Shown: in pieces, positions 14,372 through 27,572 of the stretch
Layout: every line of letters starts with the position of its first letter
Position numbering within the stretch: the stretch's first letter is position 1
Assembly: GCA_002269645.1 (NCBI GenBank)
Contig: NIVC01000067.1
Coordinates: 310,001 to 374,000, forward strand
Reading direction: 5' to 3'
DNA from: Macrostomum lignano
Lineage: Eukaryota
Length of the DNA stretch: 64,000 bases
The notes under the pieces: model-generated
What the model was told of the DNA's origin: nothing
What the model saw: the letters and a program-made list of their open reading frames with translations, nothing else
Databases searched by the model: none
Translations under genes and position numbers: made by a program

Positions 14372-15358
14372 TAGTGGATAGGGAGAAAGGATCCGCTGTC
14401 TCTCCTAGTCTCAGTGTCTATCTATATGTAGCTATTCTGCACCTTCAGATTTACGCATCAAAATCCTTTGGCTGATCTAATATTTGGATCCAGAAAACTT
14501 TGAAAGGTGAGTGGGCGCATAATGAATGGTGCAGTTGGCAAAGGAAGTGAAGAGAGAGAAAGAAAGAGAAAGGAAAAAGATATAGTGAGATAGATGTGCC
14601 CAGAGTGAGAGATGGATAATGCCATTCCATATAGATCAGCATGTTCGTGCATCTAAAGTTAAAAACTGAACGAAGAGGAAAAATAGGTCTTAAAAGAAAA
14701 GAACTTTAGGAACTTTTCTCGCGTTGTCATTGGTTAGCCTAGTTTATTGCTCAGCCATGAGGATTGGCTGTTCCTGGCTGCTTTTTTGGCGCAACCAATT
14801 AGCTATCATGAAATGTGTTCCCATAGGTCTTGAACCTTTGGCATTGGATCCAACGTCTCTTCCTGCGTTTCGCGATATATACAAGCTACATAAAATTTAA
14901 GACTGATTGCCCTTAATTACTTTAAACTTTCATTTTCAAAGCTCTTCAATAGCATCTGACATCTGCAACATCGTTTGGAGATCGTACAACCGGATATCTG
15001 CATCTTTCGTGAAACTTTTAAAATATTTTTTCTAATTATTGGCTTTTTATTCATATAGGCTTAGTCCAGGTCAATTAACATAATATCTCATTAGGTCTAA
15101 CTTAGTTTTATTAGCTAATAAACTCAAATAGCAATTTAGGGTCTTATAAGTCTAGTGATATTGTAGTGATCAAATCCATAATTCTAGCTGTGCTCCAGGG
15201 ATACTTTACTTAGACTAACCCAGTTAATATTTATTACTGTGTAGACTAGCGTATATACTTCGTATATAAACTAAATTTAGTCGAAGACTAGGCCGTATAG
15301 GTTTGTTTAGTAGTTCTTTAAGTTTTTTTACAAGGTCTAAATTAATAGAGAGACAGGT

Positions 15359-15718
15359 ATGGCAGCAATTAGAAGCAAGAAGGAGAGAGTCCAAGCCGCA
15401 GTGGACAGTGTAATTGAAAGAATTCGCACTGGCAAAGAGTGCAATTATCGAAAAATTGCTCAAGAATTTTCCGTACCTACCACCACCGTTTATGACAGAG
15501 CTCGCAGGCTGATGAACGGGCTGAAGGTGACGGAAAAAAATACTGCCAAGCGGTATTTGACGCAGGCCGAGGAGCGAGTCTTCTGTGATGCAATCAAGCA
15601 GGCCGCTCGACAGCAGGTCCCCATCACGAGGAAGAAGCTGCTCGAAATGGCAAGTGAGACTGTCCGCAACATCGGCGTTTCGAATGAGGAGCGCTGCGGT
15701 TTGCGTGACGCCACCAAG
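15359..15718 (+). CDS. pogo/Tigger-like transposase, exon 1 (psq-type HTH and start of CENP-B/Tc5 HTH)
   Basis: NYRKIAQEFSVPTTTVYDR helix-turn-helix; YLTQAEERVF..I motif; phase-0 donor AAG|GTAGGC at 15718/15719. Confidence 0.85.
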
Positions 15719-15798
15719 GTAGGCCAAATTTTAAAATAATAAGAAGCCTGCTTGGACTCAAACATATTTAACTGTTAATTCTCTATCAATCGCATGTC

Positions 15799-17944
15799 TA
15801 TCTCTGAATCAGCACCTGTCTATCACCTCTCTATCAGCCGCCCGTCTGTCTCCTCTCTATCAGCCGCCCGTCTGTCTCCTCTCTATCAGCCGCCCGTCTG
15901 TCTCCTCTCTATCAGCCGCCCGTCTGTCTCCTCTCTATCCGCCGCCCGTCTGTCTCCTCTCTATCCGCCGCCCGTCTGTCTCCTCTCTATCAGCCGCCGG
16001 CGCCCGTCTGTCTCCTCTCTATCAGCCGCCCGTCTGTCTCCTCTATATCAGCCGCCCGTCTGTCTCCTCTCTATCCGCCGCCCGTCTGTCTCCTCTCTAT
16101 CAGCCGCCCGTCTGTCTCCTCTCTATCAGCCGCCCGTCTGTCTCCTCTCTATCAGCCGCCCGTCTGTCTCCTCTCTATCAGCCGCCCGTCTGTCTCCTCT
16201 CTATCAGCCGCCCGTCTGTCTCCTCTCTATCAGCCGCCCGTCTGTCTCCTCTCTATCAGCCGCCCGTCTGTCTCCTCTCTATCAGCCGCCCGTCTGTCTC
16301 CTCTCTATCAGCCGCCCGTCTGTCCCTCTCTATCAGCCGCCCGTCTGTCTCCTCTCTATCAGCCGCCCGTTAATCTCTGAATCAGCACCTGTCTATCACC
16401 TCTCTATCAGCCGCCCGTCTGTCTCCTCTCTATCAGCCGCCCGTCTGTCTCCTCTCTATCAGCCGCCCGTCTGTCTCCTCTCTATCAGCCGCCCGTCTGT
16501 CTCCTCTCTATCAGCCGCCCGTCTGTCTCCTCTCTATCAGCCGCCCGTCTGTCTCCTCTCTATCAGCCGCCCGTCTGTCTCCTCTCTATCAGCCGCCCGT
16601 CTGTCTCCTCTCTATCAGCCGCCCGTCTGTCTCCTCTCTATCAGCCGCCCGTCTGTCTCCTCTCTATCAGCCGCCCGTCTGTCTCCTCTCTATCAGCCGC
16701 CCGTTAATCTCTGAATCAGCACCTGTCTATCACCTCTCTATCAGCCGCCCGTCTGTCTCCTCTCTATCAGCCGCCCGTCTGTCTCCTCTCTATCCGCCGC
16801 CCGTCTGTCTCCTCTCTATCAGCCGCCCGTCTGTCTCCTCTCTATCAGCCGCCCGTTAATCTCTGAATCAGCACCTGTCTATCACCTCTCTATCAGCCGC
16901 CCGTCTGTCTCCTCTCTATCAGCCGCCCGTCTGTCTCCTCTCTATCAGCCGCCCGTCTGTCTCCTCTCTATCAGCCGCCCGTCTGTCTCCTCTCTATCCG
17001 CCGCCCGTCTGTCTCCTCTCTATCAGCCGCCCGTCTGTCTCCTCTCTATCAGCCGCCCGTCTGTCTCCTCTCTATCCGCCGCCCGTCTGTCTCCTCTCTA
17101 TCAGCCGCCCGTCTGTCTCCTCTCTATCAGCCGCCCGTCTGTCTCCTCTCTATCAGCCGCCCGTCTGTCTCCTCTCTATCAGCCGCCCGTCTGTCTCCTC
17201 TCTATCAGCCGCCCGTCTGTCTCCTCTCTATCAGCCGCCCGTCTGTCTCCTCTCTATCAGCCGCCCGTCTGTCTCCTCTCTATCAGCCGCCCGTCTGTCT
17301 CCTCTCTATCAGCCGCCCGTCTGTCTCCTCTCTATCAGCCGCACGTCTGTCTCCTCTCTATCAGCCGCCCGTCTGTCTCCTCTCTATCAGCCGCCCGTCT
17401 GTCTCCTCTCGATCAGCCGCCCGTCTGTCTCCTCTCTATCAGCCGCCCGTCTGTCTCCTCTCTATCAGCCGCCCGTCTGTCTCCTCTCTATCCGCCGCCC
17501 GTCTGTCTCCTCTCTATCAGCCGCCCGTCTGTCTCCTCTCTATCAGCCGCCCGTCTGTCTCCTCTCTATCCGCCGCCCGTCTGTCTCCTCTCTATCAGCC
17601 GCCCGTCTGTCTCCTCTCTATCAGCCGCCCGTCTGTCTCCTCTCTATCAGCCGCCCGTCTGTCTCCTCTCTATCAGCCGCCCGTCTGTCTCCTCTCTATC
17701 AGCCGCCCGTCTGTCTCCTCTCTATCCGCCGCCCGTCTGTCTCCTCTCTATCAGCCGCCCGTCTGTCTCCTCTCTATCAGCCGCCCGTCTGTCTCCTCTC
17801 TATCAGCCGCCCGTCTGTCTCCTCTCTATCAGCCGCCCGTCTGTCTCCTCTCTATCAGCCGCCCGTCTGTCTCCTCTCTATCAGCCGCCCGTCTGTCACC
17901 TCTCTATCAGCCGCCCGTCTGTCTCCTCTCTATCAGCCGCCCGT
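15799..17944. repeat. 26-bp minisatellite (CAGCCGCCCGTCTGTCTCCTCTCTAT)n inside transposase intron 1
   Basis: ~80 units with a recurring variant TTAATCTCTGAATCAGCACCTG. Confidence 0.95.
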
Positions 17945-17993
17945 TTATCTCCTCAATGTGATTATACGAGTATATATTCTACTTGCCTACCAG

Positions 17994-19293
17994 GTCAAGC
18001 CAGCCGGACTGTCGAAGGGCTGGATTACCGGATTTCTGTTGCGCCATCCCGACATCGCTCAGCGAACGCCGCAGACGGTGAATCCTGCCCGGGCGATCGT
18101 AACGGAGGGCCGCATTCGTGATTGGTTTTCCGAGCTGGCCGACTTCGATGACGATGACCTTGTCGACGGCGCGCTGCAAGATCCGTCGCGAATTTTTAAT
18201 TGTGACGAGATTGCAGTGCCGCAAGGATTGAAGTCTCACGCTGTTCTGGCAGAGAAAGGAATGGTAAACGTGGTGCAGAAGGTCCACGGCAGTGACCGGA
18301 AGCACACCACAGTTTTAATTTGTGTTCAATGCTCAGGTTCTCTATTGCCACCCCGCTTTGTTTTTCCAGGAAAGACGCAGCCTCGAATGGATGGCTATCC
18401 CACTGATTGTCATTATTCTTTTTCACCCAACGGGTGGATGACCACCACTGGGTTTGAGGAATTTATTAAAAAAACATTCATGCCCTATCTAGAACAAAAG
18501 CGAGTTCGCCGTCCTGTTGTCCTTTTCACAGATTTACACGGCTCCAGATTTTCGCTGGAGGTTCTGGAGTATCTGAGGCAGCAGAAGGTTGTGCTCTACG
18601 GGCTGGTGCCGAACGCAACGCACGTCATGCAGCCTCTGGACCTCGCTGTGTTTCGTCCCGTCAAGATGGGATGGCGCGAGCTTCTCGCCGACAGGTCCCG
18701 GAGTGCTGCGATTGGAGACTCTGTCACCAGGCTGCGATTCGTGGAAATGCTCCGCGAGGTCCTGGCAGAGCGGGCTACTCCGCAGAACATCATGGCTGGC
18801 TTCCGAAAAAGTGGCATTTTTCCGCGGAACCCTGATGCTCTAGCGTATGACAAGCTCTGCAAGCGGCAAGACCCGGCTCCTAAGCAGCAAGCAGCAGGTG
18901 AGAAGGATTGTGAATGCGTGCTAAAAGCAAGCAACACCGCCCCCACCTCTAGCCTCCCACAGAAAAAATTTAAATCAAAAAAGTGCCAAACAGCCTCAGG
19001 CTCTGTGGAGCGCTGCTTCGAGGATGTTCTTGGCACCGCTAAGCTTCACGACTTGCAAACGAAGCCAGCAACGACCGACAATGATCGCGTACTGCAGCAG
19101 CTGCTGCTGCGCCTGACCGGACAGGTGAACTGCCAACAGATCAGTGACGAGCACGTGAGCTCCGACCAGCAGAGCACTGACAGCGAGGACCAGATCGAGA
19201 GCAGCCCACTGCATCATCCCTCTCTCGATGAGGATACCGTCGAGGCGGTTGAACCACAGAGTGAGGATTTGCTCGATGCAGAGAGACAGTCTG
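17994..19293 (+). CDS. pogo-like transposase, exon 2 (Tc5 HTH end plus DDE_1 catalytic domain, DD35D)
   Basis: Acceptor CAG|GTC at 17993/17994 in phase 0; SKGWITGFLLRHP; NCDE (D 18204), FTDLHGSR (D 18531), MQPLD (D 18639), 35 aa between D2 and D3; phase-1 donor GTGAGT at 19294. Confidence 0.92.
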
Positions 19294-19424
19294 GTGAGTA
19301 GTCGGTAAATTTTGAAAAGTAAACTCAAATTAACGTATAGTATACAAGTAAATTTCACGTAAAGACGTAAAAGATGTGACACTGTAAATTACATTGTACA
19401 CTACTTTGAGACCATCTTCCTAAT

Positions 19425-19700
19425 TTTCTCTCCTCTCCTCTCTCCTCTCTCCTCTCTCCCCCTCCTTCTCTCCTCTGCTCTCCCTTCTCCCCTCCTCTCC
19501 CTTCTCCCCTCTCCTCTCCCTTCTCCCCTCCTCTCCCTTCTCCCCTCTCCTCTCCCTTCTCCCCTCCTCTCCCTTCTCCCCTCCTCTCCCTTCTCCCCTC
19601 CTCTCCCTTCTCCCCTCCTCTCCCTTCTCCCCTCTCCTCTCATCTTCCTTATTTCCCCCTCTTCTCTCTCCCTTCTTTCTTTCTCATCTCCTGTCTATGT
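19425..19700. repeat. CT-rich low-complexity tract in transposase intron 2
   Basis: (CTCCCTTCTCCCCTC)n-like run. Confidence 0.85.
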
Positions 19701-19824
19701 TACGCAGTCATGCGCTATATTTTATATCTGATCATTAACTTAAAAGCTTATCGACTTCATCATTCATATATATTTTTTCTTCATGATTGCTAAGTTTGAG
19801 CTACAAATTATTTATTTCGTTCAG

Positions 19825-20933
19825 GTGCCTTTTGCTCTGTGACGTCAGTATCACCCGCAGCTCGAGAAACAGCCGAGTCGATGGCGTTCCCGATAAAGCG
19901 GAACCGGACTCCAGTTTCCGGCAAGAAAAGAAGAACGTCCGTTTACCAGGACATTCCGCATCCTAACTTAACTAGCCGCTCTACTTTAGCCTTTTTCAGA
20001 CTAAGACAGCAAAAGCGTCAGGCTGCTCTGGACGCCAAGGCCGCACGGCAGACCGCTCGGAGGCTTCGGGCACAGCAGCGTCAGCGTCAAGGTTCCCGGC
20101 GACTGCAGTCGAAGCAGACGGTCGCAGCTGAGCAACCGGTCGCCCAATCTGCCGTGCTGGATATGTCCGTCGCTTTAGGTCGGCTTGAGAGCAAGGCGAA
20201 GTCGTTGAATTGCTCCTTAGGTAAGGCAGATTCTTTTGGAAATTGTTTTTTTGACTCCGTCCGGCAGGTGCTGAGTTCCGAAGGCATCAATTCCGACGCC
20301 GACAGACTTCGATCAGACAGCTGCGCTTTCCTAGAGCAAAACTCCTATGTAAATGGTGAGAGTATCGTTGACTTTTTGGAAATGCCACTTAATGACTATT
20401 TACAAAAAATGAAACGTTCAAGTACCTATGCTGATCATCTTATTATCGTTGCATTAGCCAATTTCTTAGACAGGCCTTTTCAGATTTACCAGCCTGACCG
20501 TCCGGAGCCGGTAGTCATCATGCCAGAGGATCGCCACCCAGAAGGGCAACCAATCAAGCTGGCGCACATCCCAGAGCTGCACTATCTGCCGATGCTGCCG
20601 CTACCTCTGCCGGAGCTAAGCGTTGACTGCTGGGTGCTGGTTGCCGTGCAGGCAACTTGCAGAGGACGAAAAGCTTGGCAGCATTACCCGTGTCGAGTCA
20701 TTCAACTCCAGGGCGATGGCCAAGTCGTTGTCTCTGCCTGCACTCAGTCGGTGACAAACTGGATGGCTGGAGGTCAAAAGCCATTCATATTCCCGGCCAA
20801 GAGTGACGAGTTCAGCGCATTGGTGAGTGAGGTCGCAGTTTTACCCAATCCCCATTTTCCTACGGGAAGGAATCCTGGATTCCTCTGGACCCGTGATCAG
20901 CTCATGAATGCTCGCAGCCGCCTTATTCACTGA
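19825..20933 (+). CDS. pogo-like transposase, exon 3: basic linker, OTU cysteine protease-like domain, C-terminal Tudor/SH3-like domain
   Basis: Acceptor TTCAG|GT at 19824/19825 restores frame with exon 2; ADSFGNCFFDSV (Cys), STYADHLIIVALA, LAHIPELHY (His); WVLV...YPCRV...FIFPAKSD tail. Confidence 0.8.
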
Positions 20934-21002
20934 GTTGATCACTAGGCCTAGAAATTACGTCCCCATCGTTCTATCACATTTTATGAATTTTATGAACTCA
21001 AA

Positions 21003-22530
21003 TGACCGTTCACTGCTCATTTAATTTCCTGCATTGCTCAACAATTGCCTCATTGCCTAACCTTCAAATCATAATGAATGCTAACTTCACTTTGACATTG
21101 CTTCTATCAAACATCACCATGCACAAGACTTTCATCAAAAGTTTAAAATCTAAAAAAACAAAAAAATTACAAGTATTGCTTGCCTATTTTTCTTCAGCAC
21201 ATTCGCACTAAAATGACTGCTCACTGACTCAAGCTCTCTCATCTATATTTCCTCTCCTCTCCCCTGTCATCTCGCTCTCTTCTCACCCTCTCTTGTCGCT
21301 TCTCTCTTCTCTCCCCTACCATCATCCCTCTCATCCCTCTATCCCCTCTCCTCTCTACCATCCTCTCCTCTCTCCCCTTCTCCTCTCTCATCTCTCCTCT
21401 CCCTCTCCTCTCTCATTTCCTTTCTCCCTCCTTTCTCATCTTCCGGCCTCTCTCCATTCTCACCTATCCTCTCATCTCCTTTTTCATCTCCTTTCTCCCC
21501 TCTCCCTTTTTCTTTCTCTCTCATCTCCGCCTATCATCTCTCAGCTTGACTCTAATCTATTCGCTTTTCCCTTCTCTCTCCTCTCTCATCTCCCTTCTCC
21601 CCTCTCATCCGCTCTCTATCTCCTTTCTCACCTCTCACCTCTCATCTTCCCTCTTTATCTTTGCACTGTACTCAAAATTGAAAAAAAAAACAAAAAAATT
21701 ACAAGTACATGTATTGCTCGCCTATTTTGCTTCAGCACATTCGCACTAAAAATTACTGCACACTGATTGCTCATTAACTTTCATTTAATTTCCTGCATTG
21801 TTCAACAATTGCCTCATTGCCTAACCTGCACTCTCTATTTAAATCATAATGAATACTAACTCACTTTGACTTGTACATTGCTTCTATCAAACATCACCAT
21901 GCACAAGACTTTCATCAAAAGTTTAAAATCTAAAAAAAACAAAAAAATTACAAGTATTGCTTGCCTATTTTTCTTCAGCACATTCGCACTAAAATGACTG
22001 CTCACTGACTCAAGCTCTCTCATCTATATTTCCTCTCCTCTCCTCTCCTCAGCTGTCATCTCGCTCTCTTCTCACCCTCTTCTGTCGCTTCTCTCTTCTC
22101 TCCCTTATCATCTTCCCTCTCATCCCTCTATCCACTCTCCTCTCTACCATCCTTTCCTCTCTCCCCTTCTCCTCTCTCCTCTCCCTCTCCGCTCTCATTT
22201 CCTTTCTCATCTTCCCTATCTCCTCTCTCCAATCTCCCCTATCATCTCCCTTCTTCCCTCTCCTCTCTCATCTCCTTTTTCCCTCCTTTCTCATCTTCCG
22301 GCCTCTCTCCCTTCTCCATTCTGCCCTATCCTCTCACCCCTTTTTCATCTTCTTTCTTCCCTCTCCCTTCCTCTTTATTCTCTTTCATCTCCGCCTATCA
22401 TCTCTCAGCTCCCCTCTCCCATCTTTGCACTGTACTCAAAATTGAAAAACAAAAAAATTACAAGCATTGCTTGCCTATTTTGCTTCAGCACATTCGCACT
22501 AAAAATTACTGCATACTGACTGCTCATTAT
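21003..22530. repeat. ~770-bp imperfect tandem duplication with CT-rich cores
   Basis: TCATTTAATTTCCTGCATTG...GCACATTCGCACTAAAA block occurs twice (21.0 and 21.8 kb). Confidence 0.8.
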
Positions 22531-25500
22531 CATTAATTTTCCTTGTCTTGATACATGGCGCTATATATGTCTATAAATCTTACGAGCGTAATATTGGTGA
22601 CTTTTGACTTGGTGACTCAGCAACAAGCATTTCCAACGCACATTAATTTAAATTTGGGTCAAAAGCCTATTATCAACAATGGGAAAACATACGAGCTAGA
22701 TACAGTAGGTTTTAATAAGCCTTTAAATTTTTTATGGAACTGTAATACTTTTACTTGTAATCCCGATAGAAACATTATGCGTTCTTATACAAAACCATTG
22801 GATTTATTTTATGTGCCTGACTAATGTCAGAATTTTTTATAATTAAAGATGAACTCAAACTGATAGTGCGGAAGATATGCTTGCTGCTGCGGCAGGGAAG
22901 GGCCTCCTTCTCGGTTAAAAAAAGCCCCTGCCGACGAAGCCAAGGAAGAAAGGTGACAGTTAAAAAGAAATTAAAAATGCAACTGTCACTTTTTGAGTCA
23001 CGACGAGAAGGAATTGAGCAATATCCTGGAAGCTATCAATGTCAAAAGGCCTAGCTTCTATCCAATTAAGAATGACAATACATGTAGTTACGTTTTTGTA
23101 GTGCCTTATAGGCTTAATCATTGGCCAGCGAATTTAGTCATTTCAAATATTCTGAAGCATAAAAACAAACTCAATAAAGTTTGAGTGCATTCGAGTCTAT
23201 ATCTTTAATATCTTTCGGCATATTAATTACTGTGGAATATTTAAGGATGAGCTATTCTTGCTGAGTTATAATTATGTATTACATATATGTATGTAGCATT
23301 TGCTTTTTGTATTTCTATTTCGCGTATACATGTACGAGCCTATATCTCTAGTTGGCCTCTGCGAGTTTGGCGCCTATAGTCTGTGTACAGTATCGCAAAT
23401 ATGTAAGTCAGGTCAGTATTATAGCCTGGCTGCCAGGAGTCGGGGGCAAGAGGGAGCTGCGCCCCCACCCCCCAGGCTGGTAAAAGTATGTAGCGCCCCA
23501 TTGCCAGTGGGCTTGGCTCCCCCCCCCCTCTTGCCACCAAGCTTGCCCATCCGCCCAATTAGAAATTCTGGCTATGCCCTTGTATTAAGATGTTTACTCT
23601 ATTATACTGCGCACATATCTTAAACCTATAAAAAGGGTCAGCCGATTGCCTGCCATCGATTGGGCCTATGTGGCAATTAGTTTTGCACTCTCTTCAAAGA
23701 TCTTCTTGAGCCTGTATACATTAAGTTTAGACCTAGCCCCAGAGAAATGTTGGATTGTGGCCTCTTTTGCAATGTGTATGTGTACAAAATGTATGCAATA
23801 CAAGTATTCAATATATATACTAAGCGCACAGGCGCACCCAATGAGCCTTTTTTAGGGAGGGTTTAGCGGCCCCATCTTGCTGGTTGTGTCAAGGGGCCCA
23901 GTGATGACTCAGTGCTCAGAGTCATCAGACTCTGCAGACTCAGAACGAGATGATTGTTTTCAACAAAATTTTAAGAACTTACAGCATTTTTCTCTGCATA
24001 TTGGATTCATCTACTTGAAGTAGAAACATATGAGTATGGTAAGAAAAAAAGAAACAGAATATTTGCAGAATTTGTTTGCAGAAAAATGGACTTTTTTTTA
24101 CTATTTCTTGAATTTTTCGCTTTTTCTTCTTTAATGTTTAAAAATGACCAATAATATAGCAAGAAGAGCAGTAGACGAAACTAGTGGTACCTTGATTTTT
24201 TTTAAATCGTGGTATAATGGTGAAATACAGGCAAGTTTAGGAAGCGAAGGTCCCTTTGAAGAAATCTGAAATGAACAAAATATGAGGTCTGTTTAAAAAA
24301 AACAGGATTTTTTACCTTCGTAAATGATTGCTTAATTAAAAAAGTCTAAAATACGTAGAAAAATATAACTTTTTATCAATTTAGCATGAAAGAGTTCAAA
24401 TAAATCGCAAAAAAGTAAAAAATCACGATTTTTCTGTTCAATGGGGGGTACTATATTCAAATGCAGATAAACAATATTTTTCGGAATCTATCCATGCAAA
24501 AGTTATACCTTTTAGAAAGAGTATGAACTAATCTTTACAATGATATATATTTCAGAAAAAACGAACAAGAAATAAAAAAGTTATTAGTGTTTAAACACAA
24601 AAACCGAACATCAGATATCCTGTTCGGTTTGAAGATACCCTAGAATCATCGTTCGGTTTTGATATAAAATCATCAATAACTTTCTTTCTACTTGTGCAAT
24701 CAAGTAAAGCGAACATTCATTTGAAAGAAAAAAATGTTTTAAACAACTTCGGGGTAGTTTCATTTCATTACATATAAAACTTTCTTTCCTATCTATGAGA
24801 GAATGTCGAAAAATGACACTTTCATGTTCGGTTGATGAGATCTTACCCTGTCTGTAGCACCAAAAGTGGCAATGGCATAAGGCATGGCTAGCCAGGCCAA
24901 CTTGCCCCCCCCCAATTGAAATTCCTGGCTATACCATTGTTGATATAAATTTCAATTGTTTTTATCTTTTTTCACTTATAGAAATAATAATTAGCAAGCT
25001 ATTTTAAGTAATTAATTTGGCTTTTTAAAAGCTTATTAAAAGCTATCATAATATTAAATATATTGCTATTAAAAAATACAAAAATGTTTTTTTTGTATAA
25101 AAAGAAATAAAGATACTTGAATGTTGATATGCCAATGTTTTGGGCCCCAACCAATTTTAAATTGCACTAGATTGTTAGCTATAAAAAACTTGCATTGGCT
25201 TTAATAAAGCAAAATAATAAAAAAATCCTTTTATTTATGTCTGCTTTGTATGTATATTAAACCTAATAAGTGGTATAATAGAAATTAGACTGATTATTAC
25301 TAGCAAATGTCTAACTCTTGCATTGTAACCTCTAGAGTCTAGTTCATATCTATACATATATATTAATTTGGGTTTTATAGGTTTATTTGCAATTTATATT
25401 TTAGAAGGCAAACCCCCCAAGGCACGGAGAGTGTACATGCCTGGCAATTAGAAAGTCAGGATGGCTGTGCACCCTATGTGAGTCTGTGTATGAGTACATG

Positions 25501-25698
25501 TCTTTGTATAGTATTGGCATGTTTGTATGTGCTCAGGAATCAATGGAATGGGCAGAATGGCCTCAGTGCTATGTGAACATACATGCCCAACAGTCGGCTG
25601 AGTCGGCCGATCCGGTCGACCGATTTGGCGGCCAACCAAGGAAGTCGCAAAAATGCCCAGTAGAAGGCATGAGGGGGCTTCTGGGACAAAATTTTTCA

Positions 25699-27157
25699 CC
25701 TCCTCCATAATCCCATTAAATCCATCCATATTATCCCTGACAGAATCAGAAAAAAAGGGGGGTCGCACCTGCTCCAAAAACGTCCTCCATAATCCCATTA
25801 AATCCATCCATATTATCCCTGACAGAATCAGAAAAAAAGGGGGGTCGCACTCGCTCACAAAACATCCTCCATAATCCCATTAAATCCATCCATATTATCC
25901 CTGACAGAATCAGAAAAAAAGGGGGGTCACACTCGCTCACAAAACATCCTCCATAATCCCATTAAATCCATCCATATTATCCCTGACAGAATCAGAAAAA
26001 AAGGGGGGTCACACTCGCTCACAAAACATCCTCCATAATCCCATTAAATCCATCCATATTATCCCTGACAGAATCAGAAAAAAAGGGGGGTCGCACCTGC
26101 TCCAAAAACCTCCTCCATAATCCCATTAAATCCATCCATATTATCCCTGACAGAATCAGAAAAAAGGGGGGTCGCACCTGCTCCAAAAACATCCTCCATA
26201 ATCCCATTAAATCCATCCATATTATCCCTGACAGAATCAGAAAAAAAGGGGGTCGCACCTGCTCCAAAAACCTCCTCCATAATCCCATTAAATCCATCCA
26301 TATTATCCCTGACAGAATCAGAAAAAAAGGGGGGTCGCACCTGCTCCAAAAACATCCTCCATAATCCCATTAAATCCATCCATATTATCCCTGACAGAAT
26401 CAGAAAAAAAGGGGGGTCGCACCTGCTCCAAAAACGTCCTCCATAATCCCATTAAATCCATCCATATTATCCCTGACAGAATCAGAAAAAAGGGGGGTCA
26501 CACTCGCTCACAAAACATCCTCCATAATCCCATTAAATCCATCCATATTATCCCTGACAGAATCAGAAAAAAAGGGGGGTCACACTCGCTCCAAAAACGT
26601 CCTCCATAATCCCATTAAATCCATCCATATTATCCCTGACAGAATCAGAAAAAAAGGGGGGTCGCACCTGCTCCAAAAACCTCCTCCATAATCCCATTAA
26701 ATCCATCCATATTATCCCTGACAGAATCAGAAAAAAAGGGGGGTCGCACCTGCTCCAAAAACCTCCTCCATAATCCCATTAAATCCATCCATATTATCCC
26801 TGACAGAATCAGAAAAAAAGGGGGGTCGCACCTGCTCCAAAAACATCCTCCATAATCCCATTAAATCCATCCATATTATCCCTGACAGAATCAGAAAAAA
26901 AGGGGGGTCGCACCTGCTCCAAAAACCTCCTCCATAATCCTATTAAATCCATCCATATTATCCCTGACAGAATCAGAAAAAAAGGGGGGTCGCACCTGCT
27001 CCAAAAACGTCCTCCATAATCCCATTAAATCCATCCATATTATCCCTGACAGAATCAGAAAAAAGGGGGGTCGCACTCGCTCACAAAACGTCCTCCATAA
27101 TTCCATTAAATCCATCCATATTATCCCTGACAGAATCAGAGCATTATCCCTGACAGA
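25699..27157. repeat. ~82-bp tandem repeat, ~18 copies
   Basis: CCTCCATAATCCCATTAAATCCATCCATATTATCCCTGACAGAATCAGAAAAAAAGGGGGGTCGCAC... repeated head-to-tail with no unique spacers. Confidence 0.95.
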
Positions 27158-27272
27158 AAGAAAAGAAACAAAGACTCATTATATTTTATTTAAGATTTAA
27201 GATTATATTTTATTTTCGTAAAGGTGTTTTATGTTTACTAACAAACGACGACTGCAGAATCTTAAATCGAAA

Positions 27273-27572
27273 CTAATTTATTCGATGACTTTCAATCGCT
27301 CTCTCCATTGCCACATTTGTTTGCAATTGATCGATCGTCTTGGATGTTATCTCACGACATTCGGGGCATGTTATTTTATTTTCTGCCGCATTGTACAAAC
27401 GTTGGACGCATCTCAAGCAGAACGAATGCGGGCAGTCCAGCTTCCTAGAAGGCGAAAGCCAGTTGTAGCACACTGGGCATTCGCATCCACGCGGGATGTT
27501 TTCCCTCTCGCGGCTCTCCAACTCCTTCTCTTTAATTTGAATCTTTTCCTTTAGGTCTTTAACCACCTTCAA
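27273..27572 (-). CDS. RING-HC (TRIM-like) E3 ligase domain protein
   Basis: CPVC..CPHSFCLRC..CPECR..L.TN..ME; TTG start, true start uncertain. Confidence 0.8.
   Translation of the reverse strand: MKVVKDLKEKIQIKEKELESRERENIPRGCECPVCYNWLSPSRKLDCPHSFCLRCVQRLYNAAENKITCPECREITSKTIDQLQTNVAMERAIESHRIN

Noticed and set aside
13778-14374. RMERKG / GADGEE repeat proteins
   Set aside because: 18-bp minisatellite read in several frames
25699-27157. CRISPR-like array
   Set aside because: Units are contiguous with no unique spacers and no cas genes; eukaryotic context. The same applies to 47228-47708.
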